Positions 26,180-39,319 of a stretch of 64,000 nucleotides of DNA are shown here, piece by piece. The DNA is taken from assembly GCF_006345805.1 (NCBI RefSeq), contig NC_043001.1:74152001-74216000 (forward strand), read 5' to 3'. Origin of the DNA: Octopus sinensis (lineage: Eukaryota). Position numbers and translations under genes: made by a program. The stretch's first letter is position 1, and each line of letters begins with the position of its first letter. The notes under the pieces are model-generated. The model did no database searches, was not told the DNA's origin, and was given only the letters and a program-made list of their open reading frames with translations.

Positions 26180-28981
26180 GAGAAGGGAGGTAATTTCACT
26201 GATTGGCAAAGATGCATCAACATGCTACAATCCTGAATTCACAGACAAACAGTTTCTTCTCTCTGTACCTTCTTGCATTTCATTACTAAGCTCTTCTCAA
26301 CTATCTTATTGTGCGTCTTTCTCCATCTAATATCACTTGATGCACTTCTCTGTTTTTCTCCATCTCCTGTCAAGCCCCACTATGACCTCCTACTTCTAGA
26401 TCCTATACTAAAGCAGTTTACCTAATCTCCACCCATCTCCTCCCCTGAAGTTCAACCCATTCTCCTTGTCCCCTTAATTGTTTGTCCTGCAGAAATCAAC
26501 CTACAGAAGTCTAAACTGAATATCAACCATATTATTTCACCAGTCTGGGAGATCCTACAATTGCCTGAGGTGCTGCCCCTCCTCACCTAAATAACAGTTA
26601 TAACATATAAAACAAACCTGACTTGGTTTTATTAACAAACTACAGCAACATTTCACCTTTGTTTATGCCACATCTTTCTATGGATGATTAAAATTTGTTT
26701 TGTTTTTTTTTCTATCATGTTTCTATAAAACTGTCTCCCTTGTGTTATCTCTTCCAATTCCACTTCCTTTTGTGTAATTACTGGACAAATATAACAGGTT
26801 TGATATTGTCAAAACAGGAATGAAACAGACTGTTATGTTTGTATATGTGTGTGCATGTGTGAACAATTTGACTACGTTTTGTGTTTCTAGAAGATTCTGT
26901 GTCTAACATGTCAGATGCTCTGTAAAGAACAAGGGCATTCTGCTCATATCCACCAAACCCAACGAGTAAAAAAAGTATATATGTGTGTGTGTACATGTGT
27001 TTATATATATATATATATCTCAAAAAGTGTGATGATGTATATATATATATATATATTTCAAAAGGTATATGTATATACATATATATATCTCAAAAAGTGT
27101 ATGTATATATGTATATATATATATATATATATATACATATATTTCAAAGTGGGGGTGTGTATATATGTATGTATATATGTCTCAAAAAGTATTTCTTTGG
27201 CAATAATATTTTAGAGAAAATATAAATGCTTTTACTGTTTTTTATTTTCTATTTTAATATGTTAATTAATTGACACAAACTTACATTATTGGTCTACCTT
27301 TTATTTTACCTATTTGTTTCTTCCCATCCCTAAACTAATCTATAGAGTTTTTACTCCACATTCAACTAATTCAATTTAACTTGGTTATTTCATCTTTCCA
27401 AACAATAATGCCAAATATTATTTAAAACTTTCAGCAGTATATATTCTAAATAATGACGGTGCTACAGCATGGTCACAATCTCTTGCTGAAACAAGTCAAA
27501 GCAAAAGTATAGTAAGCTCTTGGAGGGGGCAGGTGTAAGGAAGAGCATCTAGCTGTAGAAACCAAGCTAAAACTGAGACACTGGAGCAATATGAATGTTC
27601 TAATTCATGAAATTAATTTTTCTAATTCTTCCTTTCCTGGATACACTTTCAATAGCACTAAAGGAAACAAAATCTTCAAAGCAATTTGGCTCTTGCTACT
27701 TCTAGGGTTCCTTTAAAATAAGAGATTTATGGCTTCCACTTTGGTCACCCTACATTAAGATTTCTTCTTTTTTTTCAAAATTTAAGTAAGTTAATCAGTG
27801 GATCAAGGTATGAATACATTTGATCTCTGATGATCGTTTTAGAGAGGTAAGCGAACTATACTCATAGAGCATCCAGTGATAAAAACTATGCCAAAACTGA
27901 GACATTGGAGCAAGAAGTGGTTCTCTGATCCATTGGAGTCAATCTGACTATTCTACCTATGTTAGTAAGGAAAGCAGATGTAAAATGATGATAATGATAG
28001 AGTTGTGTGAGTAAAGAGGATATCATGTGACTGGATGAAAGTTTGATGTTTTCTGTTTTATCTGCACTGTGATCATGGCTAAGACATTACACTCTCTGAC
28101 TTGAACCAATATTTGAGTCAATGCAGTCACTCAAATTGCTAGAAATAACAACGAAATCTTTCTGGAATGAAAACCCTACTGTCTTAAAAAAGGAAGAATA
28201 CATTGTATAATGTAGTTCTAGACACATTATGTCTCAACAAAAGATCGTGAGGAGAGGAAAAAATCATTTGCTTCTTGGTGAATTGTTGTCAAAGAAAACA
28301 GATAGACACTACCAGATTTTGTATTAAAATTAAGTCTGCTTCTGTAATAGTTTTTCAATATCTCTTGTAGGTATGGTTTTCATATCCACCATTTAAAGTA
28401 TTTTTATTCTTGCTCTGTAAAGAGATATTTGATGAAAAACTTGAAAAAGTAAAAAAATTAAAAAAATTCTTTTTGGTAAAATTGTCTCTAATGGTGACAT
28501 AAGGAGTGGCTTTTACAAAACCATGGTGTAAAACTACTTTCTGCAGTTAACAGTAATAAAAGTTTGAGTGGATGTATCTGCTTTCCACATTCAAAGGGTT
28601 TGTAGTGAGGAGTGAGTCTAAGATTGATAGTAGGAGACAACTTAAGACATGTTTCAATATTACCAGGCATCATTACAGTGGCGAGCTGGCTGTATTGTGA
28701 GCATGTCACATGAAATGCTTAGTGGTATTTCATCTGTCTTCACATTCTGAGTTAAAATTCCACCAAGATTGACTTTGCCTTTCATTTTTTGGGTTGATAA
28801 AAAACATCAGTTGAGTACTGGGATTGATGTAATTAACTTATCTCCTACCCAAGATTGCTGGCCTTGTGCCAAAATTTGAAATCAGTATTATCAGGCATCA
28901 TTGGCAAACTACATTTTTTACCAACACTGGGGGACCTAAGATTACTAGAGAAATATATAGGATTATAGTGAATATAATGTA

Positions 28982-29380
28982 GGCACAGGAGTGGCTGTGT
29001 GGTAAGTAGCTTGCTTACCAACCACATGGTTCTGGGTTCAGTCCCATTGTGTGGCCCCTTGGGCAAGTGTCTTCAACTATAGTCTCAGGCTGACCAAAGC
29101 CTTGTGAGTGGATGTGGTAGACGGAAACTGAAAGAAGCCCATTGTATATATATGTGTATGTTTGTGTGTCTGTGTTTGTCCCCACGCCCCAACATCGATT
29201 AACAACTGATGCTGGTGTGTTTATGTCCCCGTATCTTAGCGGTTCGGCAAAAGAGACCAATAGAATAGGTACTAGGCTTACAAAGAATAAGTCCTGGGGT
29301 CGATTTCCTCAACTAAAGGCGGTGCTCCAGCATGGCTGCAGTCAAGTGACTGAAACAAGTAAGAGTAAAGAGTAAAAGAG
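28982..29380 (+). mobile_element. Full-length tRNA-derived CORE-like SINE (other copies or fragments at about 7720-8100, 8480-8830, 17340-17500, 18150-18300, 20085-20240, 33880-34200, 44690-45080)
   Basis: ggcgcaggagtggctgtgtggtaag-type head, ccttgggcaagtgtctt core, gactgaaacaagtaa tail; repeated many times in the window. Confidence 0.85.
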
Positions 29381-30169
29381 TAACTATTAAGTGGGCAGCA
29401 ACTTATAGAATCTCTTGTTGACAAGTTTAGAAATTACTACTATAGGCATACTATATGTTAAGTAGGGTATAAAGTGATTTGGTACTATAGGTTCTATTCC
29501 GACTTAGTTGACATCTGATGTTTTAACATTTCTCTTGTTCTCTCTTCCACCCTCTGTGTCACTTTGTGTGTAAGAGAAAAGTGAAAATCAATCAAGTTCA
29601 ATTAATAAATTGTAATGTCTGTCTGTCTGACTGTCTCTCTCTCTTTCTCTCTCCATCTCTGTGTATATTTCTGTACATACGTGTATGTATACATGTTTGT
29701 CTCCAGTACCAAAAAAAGTACTGTCACCAAAACAGTTGGATATCCAGTCAGTCATGCCAAATTGTCAGTGTCCAAATGGCTGAACTCAACCATCATCATG
29801 TTAAGTATGCTTATTTACACTATAAACACACCACGTAGTATGTATATAGGTTCTCACTATAGACATACCTTATGTTGTTGTTTAGCCCAAAGTCAAACCT
29901 GATTTTGAAGACCCACATCAAAAGCCATTTCAATCATGACCATCCTGTATTTTTGCAGGCATATTGTACCCTTAACTATATTATTTGATGTGTTAATAAT
30001 AGAATACTATTTAAGGGAGATTTAGCTGTTTTTTCTAGTATGCCAAATGACTATGTTGAGGCTCCTTTTTTTGTCAGCATTGGTATAATGCAAGATTTAA
30101 AACCTCCTTTACACTAACATTCAGATGTTTTATGTTAATAGTCTAGAAATAATCTTTTAATCAAAAAGG

Positions 30170-30420
30170 TACTCCAAATGTTTAACTAGTGCTCTAAGCC
30201 ATTAAGTGGTACTCTAAAATGTTCAACTCGTACTTTAAATGTTTAACTGGTACTCCAAATGTTTAACTGGTAATTTAAATGTTTATCTGGTAATCTAAAT
30301 GTTTAACTGGTACTCTAAATACTTAACTGGTGCTCCAGATGTTTAACTGGTACTTTTATGCCTAACTGCTACTCCAGATGTTGACTTGTACTTCACTTGT
30401 TTAACTGATACTCTGTAATC
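30170..30420. repeat. Minisatellite of about 21 bp (aaatgtttaactggtactcc)
   Basis: Seen directly. Confidence 0.85.
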
Positions 30421-31302
30421 TTCAATCTCTGCCATTTACAAAGTTAGTACTTCTCTTATCAACAATTAATTAATCAACTGATTTCTGATGTCCTTATAAT
30501 TAAACAGCTATTGTGATATAGAGTCTAGAATTTATAGTCACCATTGGGCTATTTCTTCATTTTCTCATCCTTTTTACTTTATTTTAAATAATTTCCCCAA
30601 AACAGGAACCATTTACAGTTTAAAACCAACAGAAAGAAACCTTTTACCATTCAACCTTAAATTTACTTATAACTATTGTTATATAGTTTCCTCTGCAGTG
30701 TATCCTTGTCAGTGACCAGGTTGCAAATCACTCAACAAAAATTATGACACAATATAAAAAAAAATATTTTTTAAATGAAGTTAACAGTCTTTGTGTGTTT
30801 TTAAATGGCTAACATGTGTCTTCTACACTACAATCATTTTAATTTCAACATGCAGTCTCAGATCAAATCACTTGCTTGGCAGGTACAGCCCAAATCTTCA
30901 TAACAGCATCTGTATAGAGAGAGAGGGAAGAAGGAGAGGAGAAAAGGTTGTTGTTGAGAGAGAAATACAGAGTGATAGAGAAAGAGAGAGAAAAAGAGAA
31001 AGAGAGAGTGTGTGTGTTTGTGAAAGGTAAACAAGTAGTGTTGTCACCTGACAAGTAACTAACAAGTTTCGATGAAAAAACAGACTTCAGAAAAAGACTA
31101 TATGTGTGTATATATAGTACATAGTTACATTTTTGTGGTTTGTGTGTTTGTTTCTATGTCTTTCAAAATATAGACTCTACAACACAGACTTTTAAAAAAG
31201 ACTTTCACTTTGAACAATCTATGAAGGTATATGCATGATTAACAAGTAATTTTACCAGCATCATAGCAATGGGTAACAACCAAGAATAATATCTATCTAT
31301 CT

Positions 31303-32870
31303 CATCATCATCGTTCAACGTCCGCTTTCCATGCTAGCATGGGTTGGATGATTTGACAGGTCTGGCGAACCAGATGGCTGCACCAGGCTCCAATCTGATC
31401 TGGCAGAGTTTCTACAGCTGGATGCCCTTTCTAAAGCCAACCACTCCGAGAGTGTAGTGGGTACTTTAATGTGCCACTGGCACGAGGGCCAGTCAGGCAG
31501 TACTGGCAATGGCCACGCTCAAATGGTGCTTTTTATGTGCCAACTGCACAGGAACATGTCCAGTGGCGCTGGCAACGACTTTGCTCGAATGTTTTTTCAT
31601 GTGCCAGTAAGGCGACGCAGGTAATGATCACGCTTGAATGGTGCTTTTTACATGCCACCGGCACGGAAGCCAGAAGGCAAGCATGTTTGCATAATTTCTT
31701 TTCCCCCTTTACTCATCCTCCACATTCAATACTCGTGCAACATTGTACTTCTTATGCATGTATTGTACCCTCCACTCAGAGAAAACCTCTTTGTTGCCAG
31801 CAAAGATAAAAGCTGCTTGAACTTTCCTTCACACCTCCTCCACTGCTAATAAGGTTACAGGATTACCTATGTAAAAGAGACAATCAACTATTTCAACTGA
31901 AAAATATTTTTTTTATGGGTGCTGTCATTACTATCTATTCCTACATATGATAACCTGTATGTGATCCTATTGCATCTCATACAGCCATATATTGCATTGG
32001 GTACATTGTACGGCATTCCTGCTTACACCTTTTCTGTATATTGAGTATGGCCATTTCCTAAATTAGAGAAGAATCCTGTATTTTATTCTTGCAAACTTTT
32101 GATTTTGTTGTCATTGAAGCTTAAGATCTGGAAACAAGATTTCTTCAAAATAAATCATAGAAGAGATTTTGTTTCCACTTTTAGATTTCTTTCTCAAATT
32201 TCTCAACTGATTCAGCAGTGAAAACTGAAGAGCTGGTCGTAAACATTTCTGTTATGGCTTATAATAATAAACAACATAGGGCTGAGAATAGATCTGTGAT
32301 GGATGCCTACCTCTTTGTTCAATTCTTCAATGAACTTGTTGCTAATTTTCACCCTTTTTATTGGCACCTCAGTACATAGACTGCATAGCTCTCACAATCA
32401 ATTTAGTTTTCTTACTAACCACTAAACTTTGGAGTGTGATCCTCTTAGTAAAGAGCAAACTATTATACCTAGTAAAGGGCTTTTGCTAGGTATAATAGTT
32501 TGTTCTTTACTAAAAACTTCTTTAAGCTGCCACTCATTTCCTTTTTGCTAGAGTGTTTTGTCTCACTGACCCCTTTTGGCTCTTACTGTGACTTCATTAA
32601 TTTATGTTGTGTAGTACAATCTTCACTGACAAAGTCAGTATTTACAACCACCTATTTATGCTGTTTTCTAGAGAATATGAAATCTGACTGGCTTGTACAT
32701 TCTCCTGATTGGTATGTAATCAGGTGGTGGGTTTATTTCTGGAATATACTGTTCCAAATGGTTAGATTATTTTGTTTGAATCACAGAGCTCTTCCTTCTG
32801 TGTACTGTAAATATCGTCTCCATGTGCATTGGCATAGCTGTCATAGTGTTGTCCAACATGGGCATTAACC
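31303..32870 (-). mobile_element. Older degenerate RTE copy (3' UTR at 31303-31680; ORF relic at about 31860-32870)
   Basis: 3' tail motif shared with 39320; minus-strand relic FNAHVGQH..ELCDSN..SQI resembling the RTE endonuclease, with many stops. Confidence 0.65.
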
Positions 32871-34467
32871 CTAACAACACTGATTAAATTCTTGTGTACT
32901 GACATGCAGATACTGAATTAATTTGTTATAATAAGCTGAAATTGATAACCCTTAGTTATATACATTAATAACTACATCATTTGAAATGTGGAGAATTTGT
33001 GAAAGTACCCCACTATAATAAACAAATTAAGTTGGTTCCCATTTCTCAAGTGCATGTGCGCACACTGAATATATTCAGTTCCCATGCTGGACAAAATACT
33101 TATCAGTATTTTGTCTCTTTATATTCTGAGTTCAAATACTTTTGTGGTTGACTTTACTTTTTATCCTTTTGGGGTTGATAAAATAAATACCAATCAAATA
33201 CTGGGGTTGATGTAATTGATTACCCTCTCCTCCAAAATTTCAGGCATTGTGCCTTTAGTAGAAAAGATTATTATCATCATTATTAAACTGGCTACTTGGT
33301 GATATTGTTAGTGCATTGGACAAAATGGTTAGTGATATTTCTTCTGGATCTTTATGTTTTGAGTTCAAATCCTGCTGAGGTCAACTTCGCTTTTCATAGT
33401 TTCGAGGTCAATGAAAATAAGTACGTGTCAAGTACAGGAATCAGTGTAATTGACATGCTCTCTCGTCTTAAAGTGCTGGTCTTGTACCAAAATTAGAAAG
33501 GATTATTATTGTTATAACAAGTCATCTTGAAACTAGAGATTTGGCCTGAATACTTACAGCAGAGTGGACACAGCTAAAGCCCTCAAGGACAATGTAGTGA
33601 TGTTGTACTGGATGACAGATTAAGTATGTCCCCATCCCCTTCCAAAGAAAAATGGCCCTGCCAGTAGAATTCCACGCAGTGTCCATCTACTAAATTTTAC
33701 TTGCAAAACATTGGTCAGTCTCGGTTATCAGTGCAAGACACACAGTGTGCCGCACATGGGACTTGAACTCAGGACTCCAAAGTTACAAAGTAATCTTAAC
33801 CACACAACCATGCCTGCATGCTCAGAACAGGCATATTTCTTACAGCTTCTCATTTCTATCCTTTCAAATTTTGTTATCTTTTATCGTTTACTTGTTTCAG
33901 TCATTGGACTGTGGCCAAGCTGGAGCTCCATCTTGAAAGGTCTAGTTGAGCAAATCAACCCCAGTACATATTTCTTTTACAATTTGGTACTTAATCTATT
34001 AGGACATAAACAAACCAGTACTGGTTGTCAAGTGGTAGTAGGGGACAAACACACACACACACACTCGACAGGCATCTGCATAAATTCTATCTATCAAATC
34101 CACTCACAAATCTTTGGTCAGCCCAAGTCTATAGTAGAAGACACTTTGAACCTGAAACCATGTGATTGGGAAGCAAGCATCTTATCACACAGCTACACTT
34201 GCACCTACTTTTAATTTTTTTTTTAACCAAGAGTGAACTACATGAGTGAAATGAGAAAATCAGAGCCTTATTGATTTCTTAAAAGAAATCAATGTCTGTT
34301 ATCTGACCGGGTGATTTGCTCTAGCTGTGACCATCCTGATTTTGTGCCAGTACTGTTACATCACATACTTCTGATTTTTCATGATTCACTGATTTAGCTC
34401 TTTCTTGATTGATATCAATGGGGTTGCAAAGACAACCTTCAAAAAAAAAATTTTTTTTAAATCGATG

Positions 34468-34498
<31 letters not shown>

Positions 34499-36889
34499 AC
34501 ACACACACGCACATACTTTCAATTATGAATTAAAAGCAGTGCTACTGTTGTAAACATTATTGACCACACATATTCAATGTATGTGTTTTGCTTGTTTGGA
34601 GACGACTACCCAGTGCTATGAGGAAGCCATCCCAAAAGCACAATGCCACAGCAAACCAGTGAACAAGCAAAGCACATACATTGGGTATGTGAGTTCGATA
34701 ATACATACATACATGCATATATATATATATATTACAAATACACACCATCATAATCATCATCATTTAATGTTTGTTCTTCATGCATGTATGAGTTAGACAG
34801 TTTGACAAGATTTAACCAACGGCAGAGCTGTGTCAGACCCCAATGTCAGTTTTGGCACGGTTTCTACAGCTAGATGCTCTTCCTAACATCAGCCTCTTTA
34901 CAGTATAGCCATGGTGCTATTTTTGTGTTACCAGCATTAGTGAGGTCACCAAGGATCTGCAAGTCAAAGAGAAGAAAGGAAAAGGAAACTGCTCTGTTGA
35001 CAGAGTGGGAATGTGAGAGATGGGGAGATGGCTTTATGCCAGGTGATGAAGTCTAAAGTATGGAAGAAGGACAAGCATAGGTGTCTTGTAATAGAAGAGA
35101 TACACGTCTATCTTGCATTATATGAGAATGAGTGGGAGTAGCTGGAAGGAAGATAAAGATGGGGTGCCAGAGTCTACTGTCCAGGTATAAGAAGGTGAGT
35201 ATAAGGGACGATATAGAGGAAGATCAGGAAGGAAGGAAAGGTAGATTATTTCATAAGAGTATAGCAGATGATTAGAGATGGAGGTAGTGAATGGTGAACA
35301 AGAGTGTAGGTGCTGAGTGTGGCACTATCATAAATCTTTAGATCAATGAGTAGGATGATATTCCAGGTGTGAGAGGGGAGGAGATGAACGGTGGCAGAGA
35401 TGGAGGTCAGAGGTATATGAGGATGGCTATAGAAACTGGAATGACAAAGATACGTGGCATCAATGGCAGATATGAGCAAGTGTTGAGAATCATAGCAGAT
35501 GGCAGAGGTGTTAAAGATGAGGTATAGCAGAGCTAATATGTAACTCAGAGGAAGAGATAACTGAAGGCACTAAAAAAAAAATGATTGGTGGAAAGCAGTA
35601 TGGGAGGAGATGATAATGAAACTGAGGGATAGAGTTTAAATGGAAACGGTTCTACTGCGAAGAAGGAGGTAACTGGTAGTGCCAAGAGTGGATGAAATAT
35701 GCTGATTCTTTTCTTGAATTATTACGGTAGCTAGGTAGTGCCATAGTTTGAAGAGTGATGGATGTTAGGAAGATGAGATGTGGGAAAAAGTTTGATGTAG
35801 GCAGATTGGGTGCAGGGCCCAGTATATACAAGTATATACATAATGATTTTAGGGCCTCACTTTTGCCATGACAGATGAGTTTTCTTGAGCACAGTGAAGT
35901 GTCCATCATCTCAGTCCTTTGTTGTCTCTTCTATGAGGTTCAACATCTTGAGATCAGCCTTCACTACATCATTCCATATCTTTCTGGGTTTCCTCCTTCT
36001 ACAAGTTACATCCTCTTTAAGTGATTGGCACATCATTATACAACTGTCCTCAGCCATATACATCACATGACCAAACCATTGCAGTCATGAAAACTCTGTA
36101 GAAGCTGAGCCTCTGTGTGTGTGTGCGTGTGTGCATGTGTGTGTGTGTGTGTAATGCTTGTAGTAGACACACAACAAGTATTTAGATCATCCAACAGAAC
36201 AAGAATACTAAACAAATGCACCAATCAAAAGAAGTTAAATTATCTTTCTGTTTGTCATTAACAAGGCAGTAGTCCTTGAGTTTCATATATTTCTCTGTGT
36301 GTATGTAGACATACACATGAAGATACACACATCTTCGACCACACTTGTAGTTATATATATGTTGTATGGAGTTACATTTTAATGTATGATGTTAATAAAG
36401 ATATATGTGGCTGCATCTAATAGAAATACATATTTATATCTCTCTTCCCCACTTTCTCTCTCTCTCTCTTTCTCTCTCAATATATATATATATAAAATAG
36501 AATTATGTTTTTATTTAGACACAATGTCAGCGAGTCAATTGCTTTCCTTGCTTTATTATCATTGCCTCCATACATACCCCCACATCCTACAAGATAGAAA
36601 CTGCTAATCTCTGATAAACCTTCTCTTTTTCTTTTTATTTCTTCCTTAACAACAACAACAACAACAGTATTAACATAAACATTGTATTTATGTAAGAGTA
36701 ACATAAATAAATCAATGACCAAAGCAAGGATGGTGAAAGAGGTTTAATTTTTATTCAAAGAAATCTGAAGTTCAAACATCATAAATAAAACAAAATGATA
36801 TTTTTACTCTTTATTAAAAATTATCTTTCATGGTGTTTCATTCAATTTTCTATTATTATTTTTATTATTATTATCATTATTATTATTAC

Positions 36890-37315
36890 AAAGGCAGTGA
36901 GCTGGCAGAATCATTAGCATGCTGGCTGAAATGCTTAGCAGCATTTTATTCATCTTTATATTCTGAGTTCAAATTCCGTCAAGGTCGACTTTGCCTTTCA
37001 TCCTTCTGGGGTTGATGAAATAAGTACCAGTTGAGTACTGGGGTTGATGTAATCGACTGTCCTCCTCCCCCAAAATTTCAGGCCTTGTGCCTATAGTGGA
37101 AAGGATCATTATTATTATTATTGAAGGAAATGTTAGCACATCGGGCAAAATGCTCATTTTGTCCATCTTTACCTTCTGAGTTCAAATTCCACCAACGTCA
37201 ACTTAGCCTTTCATCTTTTTTGAGTCGAAAAAATAAGTACCAGTTGGTACTGGAGTCAATGTAATTGACTTACTCCATCCCATGAAATTGCTGGCCTTGT
37301 GCCAAAATTTGAAAC

Positions 37316-37352
<37 letters not shown>

Positions 37353-37870
37353 GACGTGATGATTTGGCGGAATTGTTAGCACATTGAAGAAATTGTGTAG
37401 TGATATTTCATTGGTTTTTACATTTTTTAATTCAAATTCTGCTGAGGTTGGCTTAGCCTTTCATCCTTTGAGGATTGATAAAATATGTATCAGTTGAGCA
37501 CTGAGGTTGAAGTAATCAACTTACCTCCTTCCCCAAAATTACTGGCCTTGCACCAAAATTTAAAATTATTATTATTATTCTTAAGGTGGTGGGTTGGCAG
37601 CATCAGCATACCAGACAAAATGCCTAGCAGCATTTCATCTGTCTTTACATTCTGAGTTTGAATTCTGCTGAGATCGATTTTGCCTTTCATTTCTTTTGGG
37701 GAGGGTTGATAAAAGAAGCAACAATCAAATATTGGGTTCAATGTAATTGACTTACCTCTTCCCTCAAAATCTGCTGGTCCTGTGTCAAAATATGAAACAA
37801 TTATTAATATTATTAATAAACAAGCTGGCAGAAATGTTAATTTGTTTATTTTGGGTAACTTAGCAGTTTG
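36890..37870 (+). repeat. Head-to-tail array of about 5 SINE copies separated by (ATT)n
   Basis: Units at about 36890, 37120, 37355, 37583 and 37820 (partial). Confidence 0.85.
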
Positions 37871-38526
37871 GTAAAAGAATCTAAGAGAATATCAATTTGT
37901 TCAAGTAATCCTTTCAAGGCAATGCATTGAAACAAGTAAAAAATAAAGGATAAAAGATAAGTTTACATAAATAGGCTTTGATATGTAAAAGTTATATTTC
38001 TCTCACTCAGCAAACACAATAGAACAGAAACAGGGAGTTGGTCAGCTAAACTTGTGACACTATTCTGATTCCCAATTGGTGCAATTTCATTTCACAATTG
38101 CTATTAATACTTTTGGGGAAATACATATATATAGTAATATCCTAGTTGATTGCCTCAGAAATTATTCAAGAGCCTTGTGATTATTACTAAATGAAACTAA
38201 TATTTATGATTTGGTTTCTAAAGTCTATTATACATTTTATGAAAATAGGAAATTTAGAAAATTGATATGCATTTGTATCAAATTTCTTTATTGTTGTTGG
38301 TTAAATATATTTTCACAATGAATGTCTATAATGTTAAGTGCTGAGGCCGAGAGTATTAATTCCTGGAATGCGATATCTATGAAAAATACCTCCTTCCTCC
38401 ACATAGGCATGTGCATGCATGTGCATGTGTATATATACACTTTAATTTTAGCCAAAAGGCCGAGAAGTATATACATATATATGTTTATACATACACACAT
38501 GTATATAGATATATATACATACACAC

Positions 38527-38557
<31 letters not shown>

Positions 38558-38878
38558 ATATTATATATATATATATATATACATACATACATATATATAT
38601 ATATATTATATATATATATATATATAATATATATATATATGATTGATTGATTGATTGATTCTAGTTTCAGCTTATGAGCTGTGGCCATAATGGAGTTAAC
38701 ACAGGTTAAACAAGTATTGTTTAAACCTGCGTTAACTCCATTTTTTATTCATATTATTCAAATATTCAACGTAAACACGAAGTTTCAACCTTTATAAACA
38801 AGGAGTTACAACATCTTTACTTGTGGTAACTATTCATTCATTTATCCGTGTTAATTGTTAACAAGGTAAAATACACTC

Positions 38879-38911
<33 letters not shown>

Positions 38912-39137
38912 CGTATATATATATATATGTATGTATGTATATATATATATATGTGTGTGTGCGTATATGTATATGTATCTATATATACATATAGATACAT
39001 ACACACACACACACACACATATATATATACATACAAGCATACACATACACACACATATATATGTATACATATATATACATACATACATACATACATATAT
39101 ATATATACACATACATATATGCATGCATTTATATATA

Positions 39138-39245
39138 CTGTTGTGTCTGGGGAGAGTCATTCTCTTTTAGTGCCTTATTATTTAACACACTCACCGGTAA
39201 AATTTCCACTTATTTCTTATGAATGACTCTCCCCAGACATAACAG
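39138..39245. mobile_element. Miniature inverted-repeat element with 25-bp TIRs
   Basis: ctgttgtgtctggggagagtcattc / gaatgactctccccagacataacag. Confidence 0.8.
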
Positions 39246-39319
39246 AATATGCTCAACACACGAACACATATAAAGAATCTTGCAAACTAAATCTAAAAAC
39301 GAAACATATATATATATCA

